From: Candidatus Aminicenantes bacterium
GTDB lineage: Bacteria > Acidobacteriota > Aminicenantia > S016-38
Reading direction: 5' to 3'
DNA length: 64,000 nt
Assembly (NCBI GenBank): GCA_026987025.1
Contig: JALSNJ010000040.1
Location: forward strand, 166,713-230,712
Part shown: positions 1 through 9,781 of the stretch, one piece after another
How the letters are laid out: every line of letters begins with the position of its first letter
Position numbering within the stretch: the stretch's first letter is position 1
Translations under genes and position numbers: made by a program
Notes under the pieces: generated by a model
Database searches by the model: none
What the model was told of the DNA's origin: nothing
The model's input: the letters and a program-made list of their open reading frames with translations, nothing else

Positions 1-129
1 CCTTTCTTCCATGTATTCAAAGGCCCTTCTGGAGCCAATTATCCAAAAATCCCCATCAATTTTTTCCAGGGCCTTTATTATAACCTCCGGGCCTATGCCC
101 CCGGGATCCCCTACGGTTATCAGGATCAT
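1..129 (-). CDS. pdxA: PdxA-family dehydrogenase (4-hydroxythreonine-4-phosphate dehydrogenase-like), N-terminal fragment running off the window
   Basis: Reverse-complement translation MILITVGDPGGIGPEVIIKALEK matches the PdxA N-terminal (I)T(x)GDPxGIGPE signature. Its ATG overlaps the stop of the hfq-like gene (ATGA). Confidence 0.55.
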   Translation of the reverse strand, partial: MILITVGDPGGIGPEVIIKALEKIDGDFWIIGSRRAFEYMEER

Positions 130-410
130 TTTTTGAGGGCTTCTTCGTCCTTTAGGATGTACTTTATAGCCTGTTTGAAAACCAAAAGGTTTGGTTCCCC
201 ATCCCTGTGGACCTTTATGACCTTATCATCGTACCATTCTATTCTTCCCTTCACCACTTCTCCATCCTGAAAAACAATTATCATGGGGGTTTTGTTTCGC
301 ATCTGTTTTAAATAATAGTAATTTTCAGCGTGGGTTTGATAGGGGGGCTTTTCCTTCTTCGCCCTGGGTGGGTGAGAAGGTGCCGTGGGGGGGATCAATT
401 TTCTACCCAT
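126..410 (-). CDS. hfq: Hfq-like Sm-fold RNA chaperone with an N-terminal Pro/Lys-rich extension
   Basis: Sm1-like stretch KTPMIIVFQDGEVVKGRIEWYDDKVIKV and Sm2-like FKQAI (compare YKHAI) in a 94-aa ORF. The true start may be an internal Met. Confidence 0.55.
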   Translation of the reverse strand: MGRKLIPPTAPSHPPRAKKEKPPYQTHAENYYYLKQMRNKTPMIIVFQDGEVVKGRIEWYDDKVIKVHRDGEPNLLVFKQAIKYILKDEEALKK

Positions 411-470
411 TTTTACCTCCTTTAAAAGGAATTATAATTTGTTGGGCTGAAAAAATCAAATTAAAATTTA

Positions 471-1355
471 TTGATGTTAATTGTAAAGGACCTTACCATA
501 AGAACTGCCGATTTTGACATCCTCCACAGCGTTTCCTTTAAAATAACCCCGGGTAAAGTTAAGGTGGTGGTGGGGGAATCCGGAGCCGGCAAATCCACCC
601 TGGGCCTCTTCCTGGCCGGCATTTTAAAGCCGGGTCTTTCATGGAGCGGGCGTGTACTTTACCGGGGAAGGGAGGTTGACCCTTTGGGGGAGGGGTGGAG
701 GGGAAGGATAGCCGGGCTGGTTCTCCAGGATCCTTATTCCTCCTTTGACCCCCGGAGAAGGATTTTGTATTCCCTGATGGAACCTCTGATGGTGAATTTT
801 TCCCTGACAAAAAGGGAGGCGGAAGAAAAGGCCCTCTTCTGGCTTCAGGAGGCAGGTTTTCCTGAGGAAAAGAGCCATTATTATCCCCACCAGTTGAGCG
901 GAGGGCTGCTTCAAAGGGCTGCCATCGCCGCTGCCTTGGTTCTGGAGCCTGAGCTCCTGGTGGCGGATGAACCCACCTCCGCCCTGGACCCACCCCTGAG
1001 GGCCGGAATAAGGGAGCTTATAAAAAAAATCTCCGAAGGAAGAGGGGTTCTTTACATAACCCACTTTATGGAGGATGCCCTTTTCTTCGGGGAAGATTAT
1101 TTAGTTCTTTACGGAGGTATGGTTATGGAGGAGGGCCCCCGGCTTCTTCATCCGTACTCAAAGCTCCTTCTCTCCTCGGTGATAAGGCCGGGAAAGGGGC
1201 TGCCGGAAGTAAAGGGATTTTCCCCGCACCCTTCTTCCCTTCCCCGGGGATGTCCCTTTAGGCCCCGTTGCGAGATGGCCAACCATAGATGTTATCATCT
1301 TCCTCCTTCCAGGAAAATTGGGGAAAATGTGGTGAGGTGCTGGAATGTCCCTTGA
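471..1355 (+). CDS. Opp/Dpp-type ABC transporter ATP-binding protein (OppD-like)
   Basis: Walker A GESGAGKST, ABC signature LSGGLLQRAAIA, Walker B LVADEPTSALD, and the C-terminal CPFRPRC oligopeptide-ATPase tail. Confidence 0.8.
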   Translation: MMLIVKDLTIRTADFDILHSVSFKITPGKVKVVVGESGAGKSTLGLFLAGILKPGLSWSGRVLYRGREVDPLGEGWRGRIAGLVLQDPYSSFDPRRRILYSLMEPLMVNFSLTKREAEEKALFWLQEAGFPEEKSHYYPHQLSGGLLQRAAIAAALVLEPELLVADEPTSALDPPLRAGIRELIKKISEGRGVLYITHFMEDALFFGEDYLVLYGGMVMEEGPRLLHPYSKLLLSSVIRPGKGLPEVKGFSPHPSSLPRGCPFRPRCEMANHRCYHLPPSRKIGENVVRCWNVP

Positions 1356-2184
1356 GCTTCTGGATGTGGAAAAAAGGCTGGGGGATTTTTACCTTAAAGG
1401 GGTAAAATTGAAGCTATCCCCGGGGGATACCCTGGGAATAGTGGGTGCCTCCGGTTCCGGGAAAACTACTGTGTTCAAAATACTGCTTCGCCTTCTCAGG
1501 CCCGATGGAGGGACTTATTTTTTGGACGGTATGGACGCCTTTAAAATGAAGCGGAGGCAGTTTTCCCGCCTCGTTCAGGGGGTCTTTCAGAACGCCTCCA
1601 AGGCGTTAAACCCCAGGAAAAAGGTGGAATTTCTCCTCAGGGAGCCTTATCTTATCCACAGGGACCTGGAAGTTAGAGTGGAAGAACTCTTAGAGGAAGT
1701 TTCCCTGCCTCCCCAGATACTGGGACTCTTCCCCGGCGAGCTCAGCGGAGGCCAGCAGCAGAGGGTGGTTCTTGCCAGGGCCTTAGCCCTTCAACCGAGA
1801 TACTTGATAGCCGACGAGCCTACTTCCGCCTTGGACCCCACCGTTCAGGTTCAGATCCTGAGGTTGCTTAAGGAAGTCCAGCGCAGGAGAAATATGGGCC
1901 TTGTTTTCATATCCCACGATATAAACCAGGTTTTATACATGAGCCAGAGACTTCTGATAGTTCTTTCGGGGATGGTTATGGAGGAGGGAAGGCTGGAGGA
2001 AATTATGAAGAACCCCTCGCCCTACACCCTTCAACTCCTTAGCCCCCGGGCTTTGAGGGAAAGGGAAGGGGGGGCCTGCCCATTTTACAGGCTCTGTCCT
2101 TCAGCAGGGCCTAAGTGCAAACAGGAGCTTCCTCCTCTAAAACCCGTGGGAAAGGAACACTGGGTCCGATGTCATTATCTTTGA
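1345..2184 (+). CDS. Opp/Dpp-type ABC transporter ATP-binding protein (OppF-like)
   Basis: Walker A GASGSGKTT, LSGGQQQRVVLARAL, IADEPTSALD, and a C-terminal CPFYRLCP motif. It overlaps the upstream ATPase gene by 11 nt. Confidence 0.8.
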   Translation: MSLELLDVEKRLGDFYLKGVKLKLSPGDTLGIVGASGSGKTTVFKILLRLLRPDGGTYFLDGMDAFKMKRRQFSRLVQGVFQNASKALNPRKKVEFLLREPYLIHRDLEVRVEELLEEVSLPPQILGLFPGELSGGQQQRVVLARALALQPRYLIADEPTSALDPTVQVQILRLLKEVQRRRNMGLVFISHDINQVLYMSQRLLIVLSGMVMEEGRLEEIMKNPSPYTLQLLSPRALREREGGACPFYRLCPSAGPKCKQELPPLKPVGKEHWVRCHYL

Positions 2185-2439
2185 TTATTTTTTGGGGCCT
2201 ATGCCTACAAAGATAGGGGCGGAGGACTTTTCGGCCACCTCGTTAAGTTCCTTCAAGATGGCCTCCAGGTCCCCGCCGTTTTCCGTAACCACCTCCTCCA
2301 CGGTTCCCCATACGGGGTCACCGCAAACTAAGGCGGGGATGGCGTGTTTTACGAAGACCTGGACCGTCTGAGGATATTTAGTGACCACTTCTTCAATGAG
2401 CATGTCCTTGGTTATAAGGGCCATTTTTCCCTCCTTCAA
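2185..2439 (-). CDS. DUF1858-domain protein (small redox-disulfide-like domain, second Cys missing)
   Basis: ITKDMLIEEVVTKYPQTVQVFVKHAIPALVCGDP...LEAILKELNE matches the DUF1858 consensus (ITxDMxIxEVLxKYPxTxEVFxKxGLxCxGCP). The start may be Met6. Confidence 0.55.
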   Translation of the reverse strand: MKEGKMALITKDMLIEEVVTKYPQTVQVFVKHAIPALVCGDPVWGTVEEVVTENGGDLEAILKELNEVAEKSSAPIFVGIGPKK

Positions 2440-2461
2440 TCACCTCTAAAATTATAACAAA

Positions 2462-4318
2462 TTAAGGGCAGAACAAAAGGTCCCCCTTCAGAAGTCTGAA
2501 GGCAAGGAGCCTTCCTCCCATGAAGGGCATCCCGGAGGAGGGGAAAATCGGTTCTTCGCCTTCTATTCTCCTCCGCTTCCTTCCGTTTAAGAGGACCGTC
2601 CCCCTTCCCTTCAAGTGCAGGGGGGCTTTTGTTATAAAGACAATGGGGTCATAGCGTCCGCCGGTCAGGCACCTTCCTTTGATGGAGGACCAGTTATAAA
2701 CCAGGGGCCTGCTCCTTTCCCCCATAAAGAGCATCCCCCTGGCCAGGGGTATCTGCGGCAGGGCCAGCAGGGGAAGGAGGAGGGTCATGAAGACCCCTGC
2801 AAGGTAAGCTCTTCTGTCGCCGGGCTTTTTTTTTATTCTGAGAATCAGGGTTAGAAGGAATAAAAGGGTAAGGGGAACCCATAAATAGTTGGGGACCCAG
2901 TTTCCGGGCATGGCCCTGGGATGCTTTGTAAAGGAGGGAAGGAGCCTCGGAAGGTAAACCGCCGGGGTGGACAGCCTGTGGAAGAGGAGGCCCACCCTGT
3001 TGGCAACATCGTGGGTGGTGGGTCCGTAATAAGCCGATGGAAGGGAGGAGAGGAAAAAAGAAAGCCCTAAGGAAAGCCCTGCCAGGAACCTGAAGGTGAG
3101 CTTGAGGTTTTGATTTTCGGCCTCCTTCAGGAAAAGGGCAAATCCCACAGCCAGAGCCCAGACCGCCGAGGCCAAGGGCCTGGCAGGAGGGCAGTATCCT
3201 CCCCGATGGGTTTGCCATCCGTAGTTGAAAACGAAGGGCAGAACCAGGATCAAGGAAGAGAGGGCGATTTTCTTTCTCCAAAACTTAATTAAGGCTGCCA
3301 AGGAGAAAACCGCCACCGGAGCATATGGAAGAAGTCCATCCCGCTGGTCCAGGAGATAATCTAAGAAGGTGGAGAACCTGTAATGCCAGGGGATTCTGTA
3401 AATTATGTCCTTCAAAATCTCCGCCCTTTGCTCTGCTGATAGAGGTCCGTAATATACCGAAAGTAGAGAGAAACTTCCGTAGTAGTGCTTCAGGAAGAGG
3501 AAAAAGAGGGAGGAAGGGAGCAGGGCGGGGAGGAGGAAATAGGGGGATTTCCTTTTTTGGAAATAAACGGAAAGCCCCAGAAGGAATATTAAATAAATTG
3601 TGTACTTGGCCCCGAACCAGGGGAGAGCTCCTGCGCCCAATCCCGCTGCCACGAGCATAAGTTTTTTGCCCTTCCAAAGGGAAAAAAGGGAAAAGGTTAA
3701 AATCAGGGCTACCGGTATTTCAGGAAAAACATGGAAGAAAAAGGGAAAGGCCGGCACGGTGAAGGCCACCAAGGCCGTGGAGTAGGTGGCCACATCTTCG
3801 GGGAATTCTCCCTTCAAAAGCAAATAGAGCAGGTAAAGAAAGAGCAGTCCATAAAGGGAAAAACCCAGCCTTATGATCAGCTTTTTCCCTTCCGGAGAAA
3901 AACCCCTGGCGGCGAGATAAAAGGGGATGGCCAGGGCTGAAGTCCCTGGAAGGTGTATGGAAAGCCATGTTTTTTTATTCACCGGTCTGGCGTGGGGAAG
4001 TATCCTTACCCATTTCCTTCTGTAAAACTCCCTCCACTGCTCCTGCAGGTACTGGTTTTTCACATTGATGTCCCCGTCGTAAATCAAGGATTTGGTGATA
4101 AGGAGATAATGGGGTTCGTCTCCGCTGAAGCCCAGGTTCTTCATTCTGACCACGGAGTAAAAAGAAAAAAGGAAGGAGAGAAGGAGGATGTGGCCGATTT
4201 TTAGTTTAAAATTTCCCCGGAAAAACCAGAGCCAACCCCAGAGCCAGAGAAAGAAGGCCACCCTGGCCAGGTGGTTAAGGGGGGAATAGGGAAAGAGGAA
4301 CTGAGAAATTATAACCAA
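2462..4318 (-). CDS. Polytopic membrane protein, putative GT-C-fold (PMT/ArnT-like) glycosyltransferase
   Basis: 618 aa with more than 10 predicted TM helices, an early-loop SGDEPHYLL motif resembling the DE motif of GT39/GT83 enzymes, and a 4-amino-4-deoxy-L-arabinose-transferase-like layout. Confidence 0.4.
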   Translation of the reverse strand: MVIISQFLFPYSPLNHLARVAFFLWLWGWLWFFRGNFKLKIGHILLLSFLFSFYSVVRMKNLGFSGDEPHYLLITKSLIYDGDINVKNQYLQEQWREFYRRKWVRILPHARPVNKKTWLSIHLPGTSALAIPFYLAARGFSPEGKKLIIRLGFSLYGLLFLYLLYLLLKGEFPEDVATYSTALVAFTVPAFPFFFHVFPEIPVALILTFSLFSLWKGKKLMLVAAGLGAGALPWFGAKYTIYLIFLLGLSVYFQKRKSPYFLLPALLPSSLFFLFLKHYYGSFSLLSVYYGPLSAEQRAEILKDIIYRIPWHYRFSTFLDYLLDQRDGLLPYAPVAVFSLAALIKFWRKKIALSSLILVLPFVFNYGWQTHRGGYCPPARPLASAVWALAVGFALFLKEAENQNLKLTFRFLAGLSLGLSFFLSSLPSAYYGPTTHDVANRVGLLFHRLSTPAVYLPRLLPSFTKHPRAMPGNWVPNYLWVPLTLLFLLTLILRIKKKPGDRRAYLAGVFMTLLLPLLALPQIPLARGMLFMGERSRPLVYNWSSIKGRCLTGGRYDPIVFITKAPLHLKGRGTVLLNGRKRRRIEGEEPIFPSSGMPFMGGRLLAFRLLKGDLLFCP

Positions 4319-4338
4319 AACGGAAGAGGCAAGAAAGA

Positions 4339-6378
4339 CTACCCCATGAGCACCTCTATTTCCTTTAATCGTTTCAGTTTGTCCCTGTATCGGGCCGCAA
4401 GCTCAAAGTCCATCCTCTCGGCTGACTCCCTCATCTTCCTCTCCAGCTCCTCCATCATTTTCTTTCTGTCCTCAGCGGTTATGTATTCCTCAGCGTCTTC
4501 CGCCACCCTTTCCACCTCAAAGTAGTCCGAGGCGCTCATCTCGTAGGCTATGTCCTTCTTGATGGTCCTGGGAGTAATACCATGGGCCCTGTTGTATTCC
4601 TCCTGAATTTTCCTCCTCCTGGCCGTCTCCTCCATGGCCTCCTTCATGGCCTGGGTTATCCTATCGGCGTACATTATAACCTTCCCCCTTACATTCCTGG
4701 CCGCCCTTCCGAAGGTCTGAATCAGGGCCGTGGTGGAGCGGAGGAACCCTTCTCTGTCCGCGTCAAAGATAACCACCAGGGAGACCTCGGGAAGGTCCAG
4801 CCCTTCCCTCAGGAGGTTTATTCCCACCAGAACATCAAATTGACCCTGACGCAGGGCCTTTATTATCTTCGTCCTTTCCAGGGTATCTATGTCGGAATGC
4901 AGATATTTTGCCCTTATTCCTACCGAGAGCAGGAAGGAGGTTAGTTCCTCCGCCAGCCTTTTGGTCAGGGTTGTCACCAGAACCCTATCCCCCATCTCCA
5001 CCCTTTTTTTAACCTCCCCCACAAAATCCTCAATCTGCCCTGCCGTGGGCCTTACTTCCACCTGGGGGTCCAGAAGGCCCGTGGGCCTTACCAGCTGTTC
5101 CACCACTGCGCCGCCAGCCCTTTGAAGCTCGTAGGGTCCTGGGGTTGCCGAAACATAGAGGACCTGGCCAACCCTGGCTTCCCATTCTTCAAACTTCAGG
5201 GGCCTGTTGTCCAGGGCGGAGGGGAGGCGGAAGCCGTATTCCACTAACTTCAATTTCCTGGACCGGTCCCCCTCGTACATGGCCCTGAGCTGGGGAATCG
5301 TCATGTGGCTTTCGTCTATTATTATGAGGGTGTCCTCCGGTATGTAATCCATTAAAGTAAAGGGGGGCTGGCCCGGAAGCCTTCCGCTGAGATGGCGGGA
5401 GTAATTTTCTATGCCAGGGCAGTGGCCCGTTTCCCTTAGGAGGAGCAGGTCGTATCTTGTCCTCCTCTCCAGCCTTTCAGCCTCCATTACCCTTCCCTGG
5501 GATAGAAGCTCCTTTACCCTTTCTTCCAGCTCCCTTTCTATAGCCTTCAGGGCCCTCTCCAGCCTTTCCCGGGGGGTTACAAAATAACTGGAAGGATAAA
5601 CGGTTATATGCCTCCTTTGGCTAAGAACCTTTCCGGAAATGGGGTCTATTTCAAAAATAGCGTCCACCTCCTTGCCGAAGAATTCTATTCTGTATCCCAC
5701 ATCCTCGTAGGGGGGGAATATCTCCAGCTGGTCTCCCCGGAGCCTGAACTTTCCGGGATAGGGAAGCTCCGAACGGGAGTACTGGATTTCCACCAGCTTT
5801 TTCACCACATCCCCTGGATTTAAGAGTTCCCCCTGATGAATTCTCAGCACCAGGCCGAAGTAAACCTCGGGGTCTCCCATGCCGTAAATGCAGGAGACCG
5901 AGGCCACCACTATGACATCCTTCCTTTCGTGGAGGGAGCGGGTTGCCCTGAGCCTGAATTTGTCCAGTTCCTCGTTTATGGTGGCTTCCTTGGCTATGTA
6001 GGTGTCGGTCTGGGGAATGTAGGCTTCGGGCTGGTAGTAATCGTAATAACTAACGAAGTATTCCACAGCGTTTTCGGGAAAGAACCTTCGGAATTCCTGA
6101 TAGAGCTGAGCCGCCAGGGTCTTGTTGTGGGAAATTATCAGAACCGGCCTTTGAAGCCTCTCTATTACATTGGCCATGGTGAAGGTCTTTCCGGAACCCG
6201 TCACCCCCAGCAGGACCACATGCTTATGCCCCCTTTTGAAGTAGTCCACGATCTTTTCTATGGCCTGGGGCTGATCCCCTGTAGGCTTATAGGGGGCTTT
6301 TAGTTTAAATCTATTCCAGTTTGATGGGCTGGAAGAGGGTGAGAAGGTTTGCCCTGCCATATCCCATGTAGTAATCAA
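4339..6378 (-). CDS. uvrB: Excinuclease ABC subunit B
   Basis: FKLKAPYKPTGDQPQAIEKI, helicase motif GVTGSGKTFTMANVI, YDYYQPEAY, and the C-terminal UvrB/UvrC-interaction helix ELAARYRDKLKRLKE. Confidence 0.95.
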   Translation of the reverse strand: MITTWDMAGQTFSPSSSPSNWNRFKLKAPYKPTGDQPQAIEKIVDYFKRGHKHVVLLGVTGSGKTFTMANVIERLQRPVLIISHNKTLAAQLYQEFRRFFPENAVEYFVSYYDYYQPEAYIPQTDTYIAKEATINEELDKFRLRATRSLHERKDVIVVASVSCIYGMGDPEVYFGLVLRIHQGELLNPGDVVKKLVEIQYSRSELPYPGKFRLRGDQLEIFPPYEDVGYRIEFFGKEVDAIFEIDPISGKVLSQRRHITVYPSSYFVTPRERLERALKAIERELEERVKELLSQGRVMEAERLERRTRYDLLLLRETGHCPGIENYSRHLSGRLPGQPPFTLMDYIPEDTLIIIDESHMTIPQLRAMYEGDRSRKLKLVEYGFRLPSALDNRPLKFEEWEARVGQVLYVSATPGPYELQRAGGAVVEQLVRPTGLLDPQVEVRPTAGQIEDFVGEVKKRVEMGDRVLVTTLTKRLAEELTSFLLSVGIRAKYLHSDIDTLERTKIIKALRQGQFDVLVGINLLREGLDLPEVSLVVIFDADREGFLRSTTALIQTFGRAARNVRGKVIMYADRITQAMKEAMEETARRRKIQEEYNRAHGITPRTIKKDIAYEMSASDYFEVERVAEDAEEYITAEDRKKMMEELERKMRESAERMDFELAARYRDKLKRLKEIEVLMG

Positions 6379-7537
6379 AGCCCGGAAGGCTCTCGCCGTT
6401 TACATCGTCGCTGGTGTATATAAGGGCCTTTCTGACCTGTTCCGGGGTCAGGTTGGGCTTCAGGCTCAGCAGAAGGCCCGCTGCCCCGCTTATTATTGGA
6501 GCGGCAAAGGAGGTTCCATTGCCTTCAGCGTAACCTCCGGGATAGGTGGAAATTATCTTCACCCCCGGAGCCACAAGGTCCAGGTGGGGGCCGAAGTTGG
6601 AAAATCCGGCCTTTTTGTCCTCCGGGTCGCTGGCGCCCACCGATATGCACTTGGGAGAATAAGCTGCCGGGTAGAGCAGGGCTCCGGCATCGTTTCCTGC
6701 AGCGGCTACCAGTACCACATTGTTCTCCTGAGCCCTGTCCACCGCCTCCTCCAGGACCAGGGAAGGTTTATCCCCTCCGGCGGACACATTTATCACCCTG
6801 GCTCCTCTCTCTATGGCGTATTCAATTCCATCGGCGAGCTCAGAATAAGTCCCAAGCCCCTGGGAATCAAAGCTCTTTATGGCCATTATTTTACATCCCC
6901 AGCAGATCCCTGCTATACCTTCCCCGTTGTTGGCCTTGGCCCCGATGATTCCTGCTACCATGGTACCGTGGCCGTTGTCGTCCCTGGGGTCCTCGTCGCT
7001 GTTTATGAAATCATAGCCCTTTATGACCTTCCCCTTGAGGTCGGGGTGATTGTAGGCCACTCCGGTGTCCACCACCGCCACCACAATTTCTTCAGAGCCG
7101 GTGGTGAATTTCCACGCATAGGTGGCTTTAACATCGGCTCCCTTTTTAAAGCCCTCCTTTCCTCCGTTATTTTTAAGATACCATTGGTCAGCGAAGTAGG
7201 CGTCGTTGGGGATAACCTCCTCATCTTCATCGGCTATCCTGGCCATGTAGTCCGGTTCTGCCCATAGCACCCTGGCATCCGAGACCAGAAGCCTCAGTAC
7301 CTCCCCTTTGTTTTTTACCTTGAAGACGGCCCATCCTTTGAGCAGGAGCCGTCTCTTCAGCTCTATGCCGTAATCGCGGCTGAGGCCCTTTATGTCGGCA
7401 TCCGGGTGCAATTTGACCAGTATCCTGGATGGGACCTCCTCTAAGGGGGGATTGAAGTTAGGTTCCCTGTCCTTGAGCTTGGCGCCTAAGAGAAACAGGG
7501 ATACCGCCAGAAGGGCTAATATTAATTTTTTCCTCAT
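6311..7537 (-). CDS. Secreted subtilisin-like serine protease (peptidase S8) with N-terminal propeptide
   Basis: Signal peptide MRKKLILALLAVSLFLLGA. Catalytic triad contexts VAVVDTGV (Asp), HGTMVAGIIGA (His) and GTSFAAPIISGAAGLL (Ser). Confidence 0.85.
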   Translation of the reverse strand: MRKKLILALLAVSLFLLGAKLKDREPNFNPPLEEVPSRILVKLHPDADIKGLSRDYGIELKRRLLLKGWAVFKVKNKGEVLRLLVSDARVLWAEPDYMARIADEDEEVIPNDAYFADQWYLKNNGGKEGFKKGADVKATYAWKFTTGSEEIVVAVVDTGVAYNHPDLKGKVIKGYDFINSDEDPRDDNGHGTMVAGIIGAKANNGEGIAGICWGCKIMAIKSFDSQGLGTYSELADGIEYAIERGARVINVSAGGDKPSLVLEEAVDRAQENNVVLVAAAGNDAGALLYPAAYSPKCISVGASDPEDKKAGFSNFGPHLDLVAPGVKIISTYPGGYAEGNGTSFAAPIISGAAGLLLSLKPNLTPEQVRKALIYTSDDVNGESLPGFDYYMGYGRANLLTLFQPIKLE

Positions 7538-7548
7538 GCTCTACCTCC

Positions 7549-8268
7549 TTAAAAAGTGAAGCCAACTTCCCCGTGGAAGCTCAGCCCGTTTAAAAACCCC
7601 ACGGAAATTCCACCGCTCAGGTGTTCTCCGCTGTAGAAGTTGCTGCCCAGGACTATTTCCACGGGAATTCTGGGTCTGATTTTTTCGTCGCTCTGTCCCT
7701 CTAAATCCTGAAACTTCTCCGTAAACTTCACGCTTCCCCAGAAATAATCAAAATAAACCCCTGCGTAGGGTTCTATGTTTTCCTGTCCTTCGTACATGGC
7801 CAGGACCCCCAATCTGAAGTCCCAGAAGTGAACCTTGCCCTCCACGGAGCCGGTTAAGTAGGCCGATTGCTCCACATCCCACTGGTGGGAGGAAAGAGAG
7901 TAGGAGATCTCAGGGTTCAAAACCAGGGAAAGTTCTTCGGAGAATACATAGGGTTCCCAGTAGGCCCCGGCGTAAATTGAATAATTGGGCTTGGAGTAGG
8001 AGGTGGAAATGGAGATGGGGAGGGAGACGAAGGTGAGCTCTTGCCCGAAGGAAGTCTTTCCGTAGGAGATGCCGAAGTAGAATTCGGAGGTTTCGCTGAT
8101 CAAAACCGAATTTTTAATACCTGTCAGGGAGAGGTTAAGGGATGTCTCCTTTTCCCCGATTTTTGCTTTCAGGCTTCTGTAGCCTCCCCTGAATATAAGG
8201 GTGTATTCCAGCCCTTCCCCCCCCATGAGAAAAAGGGAGAGGAGTAGAAACAAAACACCTTTCTTCAT
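7549..8268 (-). CDS. Hypothetical outer-membrane beta-barrel protein
   Basis: N-terminal signal peptide, alternating hydrophobic/polar beta-strand pattern, and a C-terminal aromatic residue (…GEVGFTF) typical of OMP barrels. Confidence 0.4.
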   Translation of the reverse strand: MKKGVLFLLLSLFLMGGEGLEYTLIFRGGYRSLKAKIGEKETSLNLSLTGIKNSVLISETSEFYFGISYGKTSFGQELTFVSLPISISTSYSKPNYSIYAGAYWEPYVFSEELSLVLNPEISYSLSSHQWDVEQSAYLTGSVEGKVHFWDFRLGVLAMYEGQENIEPYAGVYFDYFWGSVKFTEKFQDLEGQSDEKIRPRIPVEIVLGSNFYSGEHLSGGISVGFLNGLSFHGEVGFTF

Positions 8269-8939
8269 TTTCCCTCCTTTTTACACTTTGTTTTACCTTC
8301 CCAGATTTTCCCCCAGTTTCCCTCCCACACATACAATTTGCAGCCTATTTCATGGTCAAAGGCCTTGAGCTTCCAGTGGGCCTTTCCGCTTCCCTTAAGG
8401 TTGAAAATCCTGGTAATTTTCCTCTCCTCCTCTTCCATTATAAGCATGAGCCTGGCCTTGTCAACAAGGGAGTAGGAGAGTTCAATGTGAATGGTGTCGT
8501 CCCTGCAATAGAAATTCTCCACCTTTATTTTTCCCGCCCTTTGCTGGAGGGGGTTCACCACCGAAGATATAATGCTCATGGCCAGTCCGTGAAGCCTGAA
8601 TACCTTACCATCCAGAGAATAAACCCTCCAGGTCTGCGGAAAATCCTCTATCTTCCCCGAAAGAAATTCTATTATGTCCTTTCTGTCCACGGTAATCTGA
8701 AGCTTGGGGACCTTAAATTTCCTCAACACCAACGAAAACCTTTTCCCATAAGGGTAAGTAAAGGCCAGGGAGGAGAGCAGAACCGATGCCCTGGGTATAA
8801 TGTCCCGGGAATTCCATTCCCCTGCCTCACAGCTCAGGACCACCTCCCTTTCCAGGGCAAAAATCCTGGGTTGCTGGCAGCCGTATCTCAGAAGAACCTG
8901 CTGAAGCTCCATTACAATGGCCAGAATAAGGGCCGTCAC
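8265..8939 (-). CDS. Hypothetical protein
   Basis: 224-aa ORF translationally coupled (4-nt overlaps) to both neighbours in the peptidase operon. No recognisable motif. Confidence 0.3.
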   Translation of the reverse strand: MTALILAIVMELQQVLLRYGCQQPRIFALEREVVLSCEAGEWNSRDIIPRASVLLSSLAFTYPYGKRFSLVLRKFKVPKLQITVDRKDIIEFLSGKIEDFPQTWRVYSLDGKVFRLHGLAMSIISSVVNPLQQRAGKIKVENFYCRDDTIHIELSYSLVDKARLMLIMEEEERKITRIFNLKGSGKAHWKLKAFDHEIGCKLYVWEGNWGKIWEGKTKCKKEGK

Positions 8940-9781
8940 TGGAAGAACCTCCTGTATATTAGCTCAAAGACAACCTTCATTCCGGGTCTGGAGGTGAAGG
9001 GAGAGGAGAACATAACCCTTGCCTGGGAGTCTGAGCTGGTGAAGGCCTCGTCCGGGGAAAGGCCATTTTTTCTTAGGAGGAGATAGCTGTGGAGTCGTAC
9101 CCCTATGGGGTTGAAATCCTTTATATCAACGGCGTCCCAGCCCAGATATCTGTAAATTCCGGGAAGGGAGGGTTCCTCCCCGGACAGGGGCAGGCAAATC
9201 AACCCGGTTTTTTCCGGTGAAAACATCATGTATAGGGCCAATCGGTAAATGAAGTGGGCCTCCTTGGGGTCCTCGCCCACCCTGAAGGGGGGAACTTCCC
9301 TTATCCTTTCGTCCTCCCACCACTGTAGCCATAGGTAGTTTTCCCTTGAATTTGCCCTGGCCTTGGGTTCCACATCGGAAAGGGTGAAAATCCCTGCCCG
9401 GTAAAAGAGGTTCATTCCTGTTTTCCCGTCCCCTATAAGGTTTTGTTTCTTTACCCATCTTTTGCAGCGGGACTCCGGCATGGGGGGCTTTCCCCTGGAT
9501 GCAGGACAGGGGGAGAAGAAGAGCTTCCAGTTTCCCGGTCCCTTCAAAAGGAAGAAATACCTTCCTTCCCTGATGTAGGTCTCCCTTTTCCCGGGCTCCA
9601 GGAATATAGAGGCGGAGTTGTTCAGCAAAAGATAATCGCTGGAGTCGGTTTCCACCGAGATTTTTCCTGGAGAATCCAGGGTGAAGGAATAAACAGGGGT
9701 CCATCCCTTTTTGTCCAGCTTTCCGTGGGAAATAAGGTATGGCCTGGAACAAAGAAGAGCGAGTATAAGCAGGAACTTCAT
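8936..9781 (-). CDS. Hypothetical secreted protein
   Basis: Signal peptide MKFLLILALLCSRPYLIS. 281 aa with no recognisable domain. Overlaps the S9 peptidase stop by 4 nt. Confidence 0.35.
   Translation of the reverse strand: MKFLLILALLCSRPYLISHGKLDKKGWTPVYSFTLDSPGKISVETDSSDYLLLNNSASIFLEPGKRETYIREGRYFFLLKGPGNWKLFFSPCPASRGKPPMPESRCKRWVKKQNLIGDGKTGMNLFYRAGIFTLSDVEPKARANSRENYLWLQWWEDERIREVPPFRVGEDPKEAHFIYRLALYMMFSPEKTGLICLPLSGEEPSLPGIYRYLGWDAVDIKDFNPIGVRLHSYLLLRKNGLSPDEAFTSSDSQARVMFSSPFTSRPGMKVVFELIYRRFFQ

Noticed and set aside
559-1064. Two ~140-aa minus-strand ORFs inside the first ABC ATPase gene
   Set aside because: Pro/Gly/Arg-rich low-complexity translations typical of antisense frames of GC-rich genes. 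They fully overlap a well-supported CDS.
2462-2720. C-terminal 85 residues of the GT-C-like membrane protein possibly being read-through rather than real protein
   Set aside because: No in-frame stop precedes 2462, so the ORF end is fixed by the sequence. Whether the Arg/Gly-rich tail is functional cannot be judged without orthologues.
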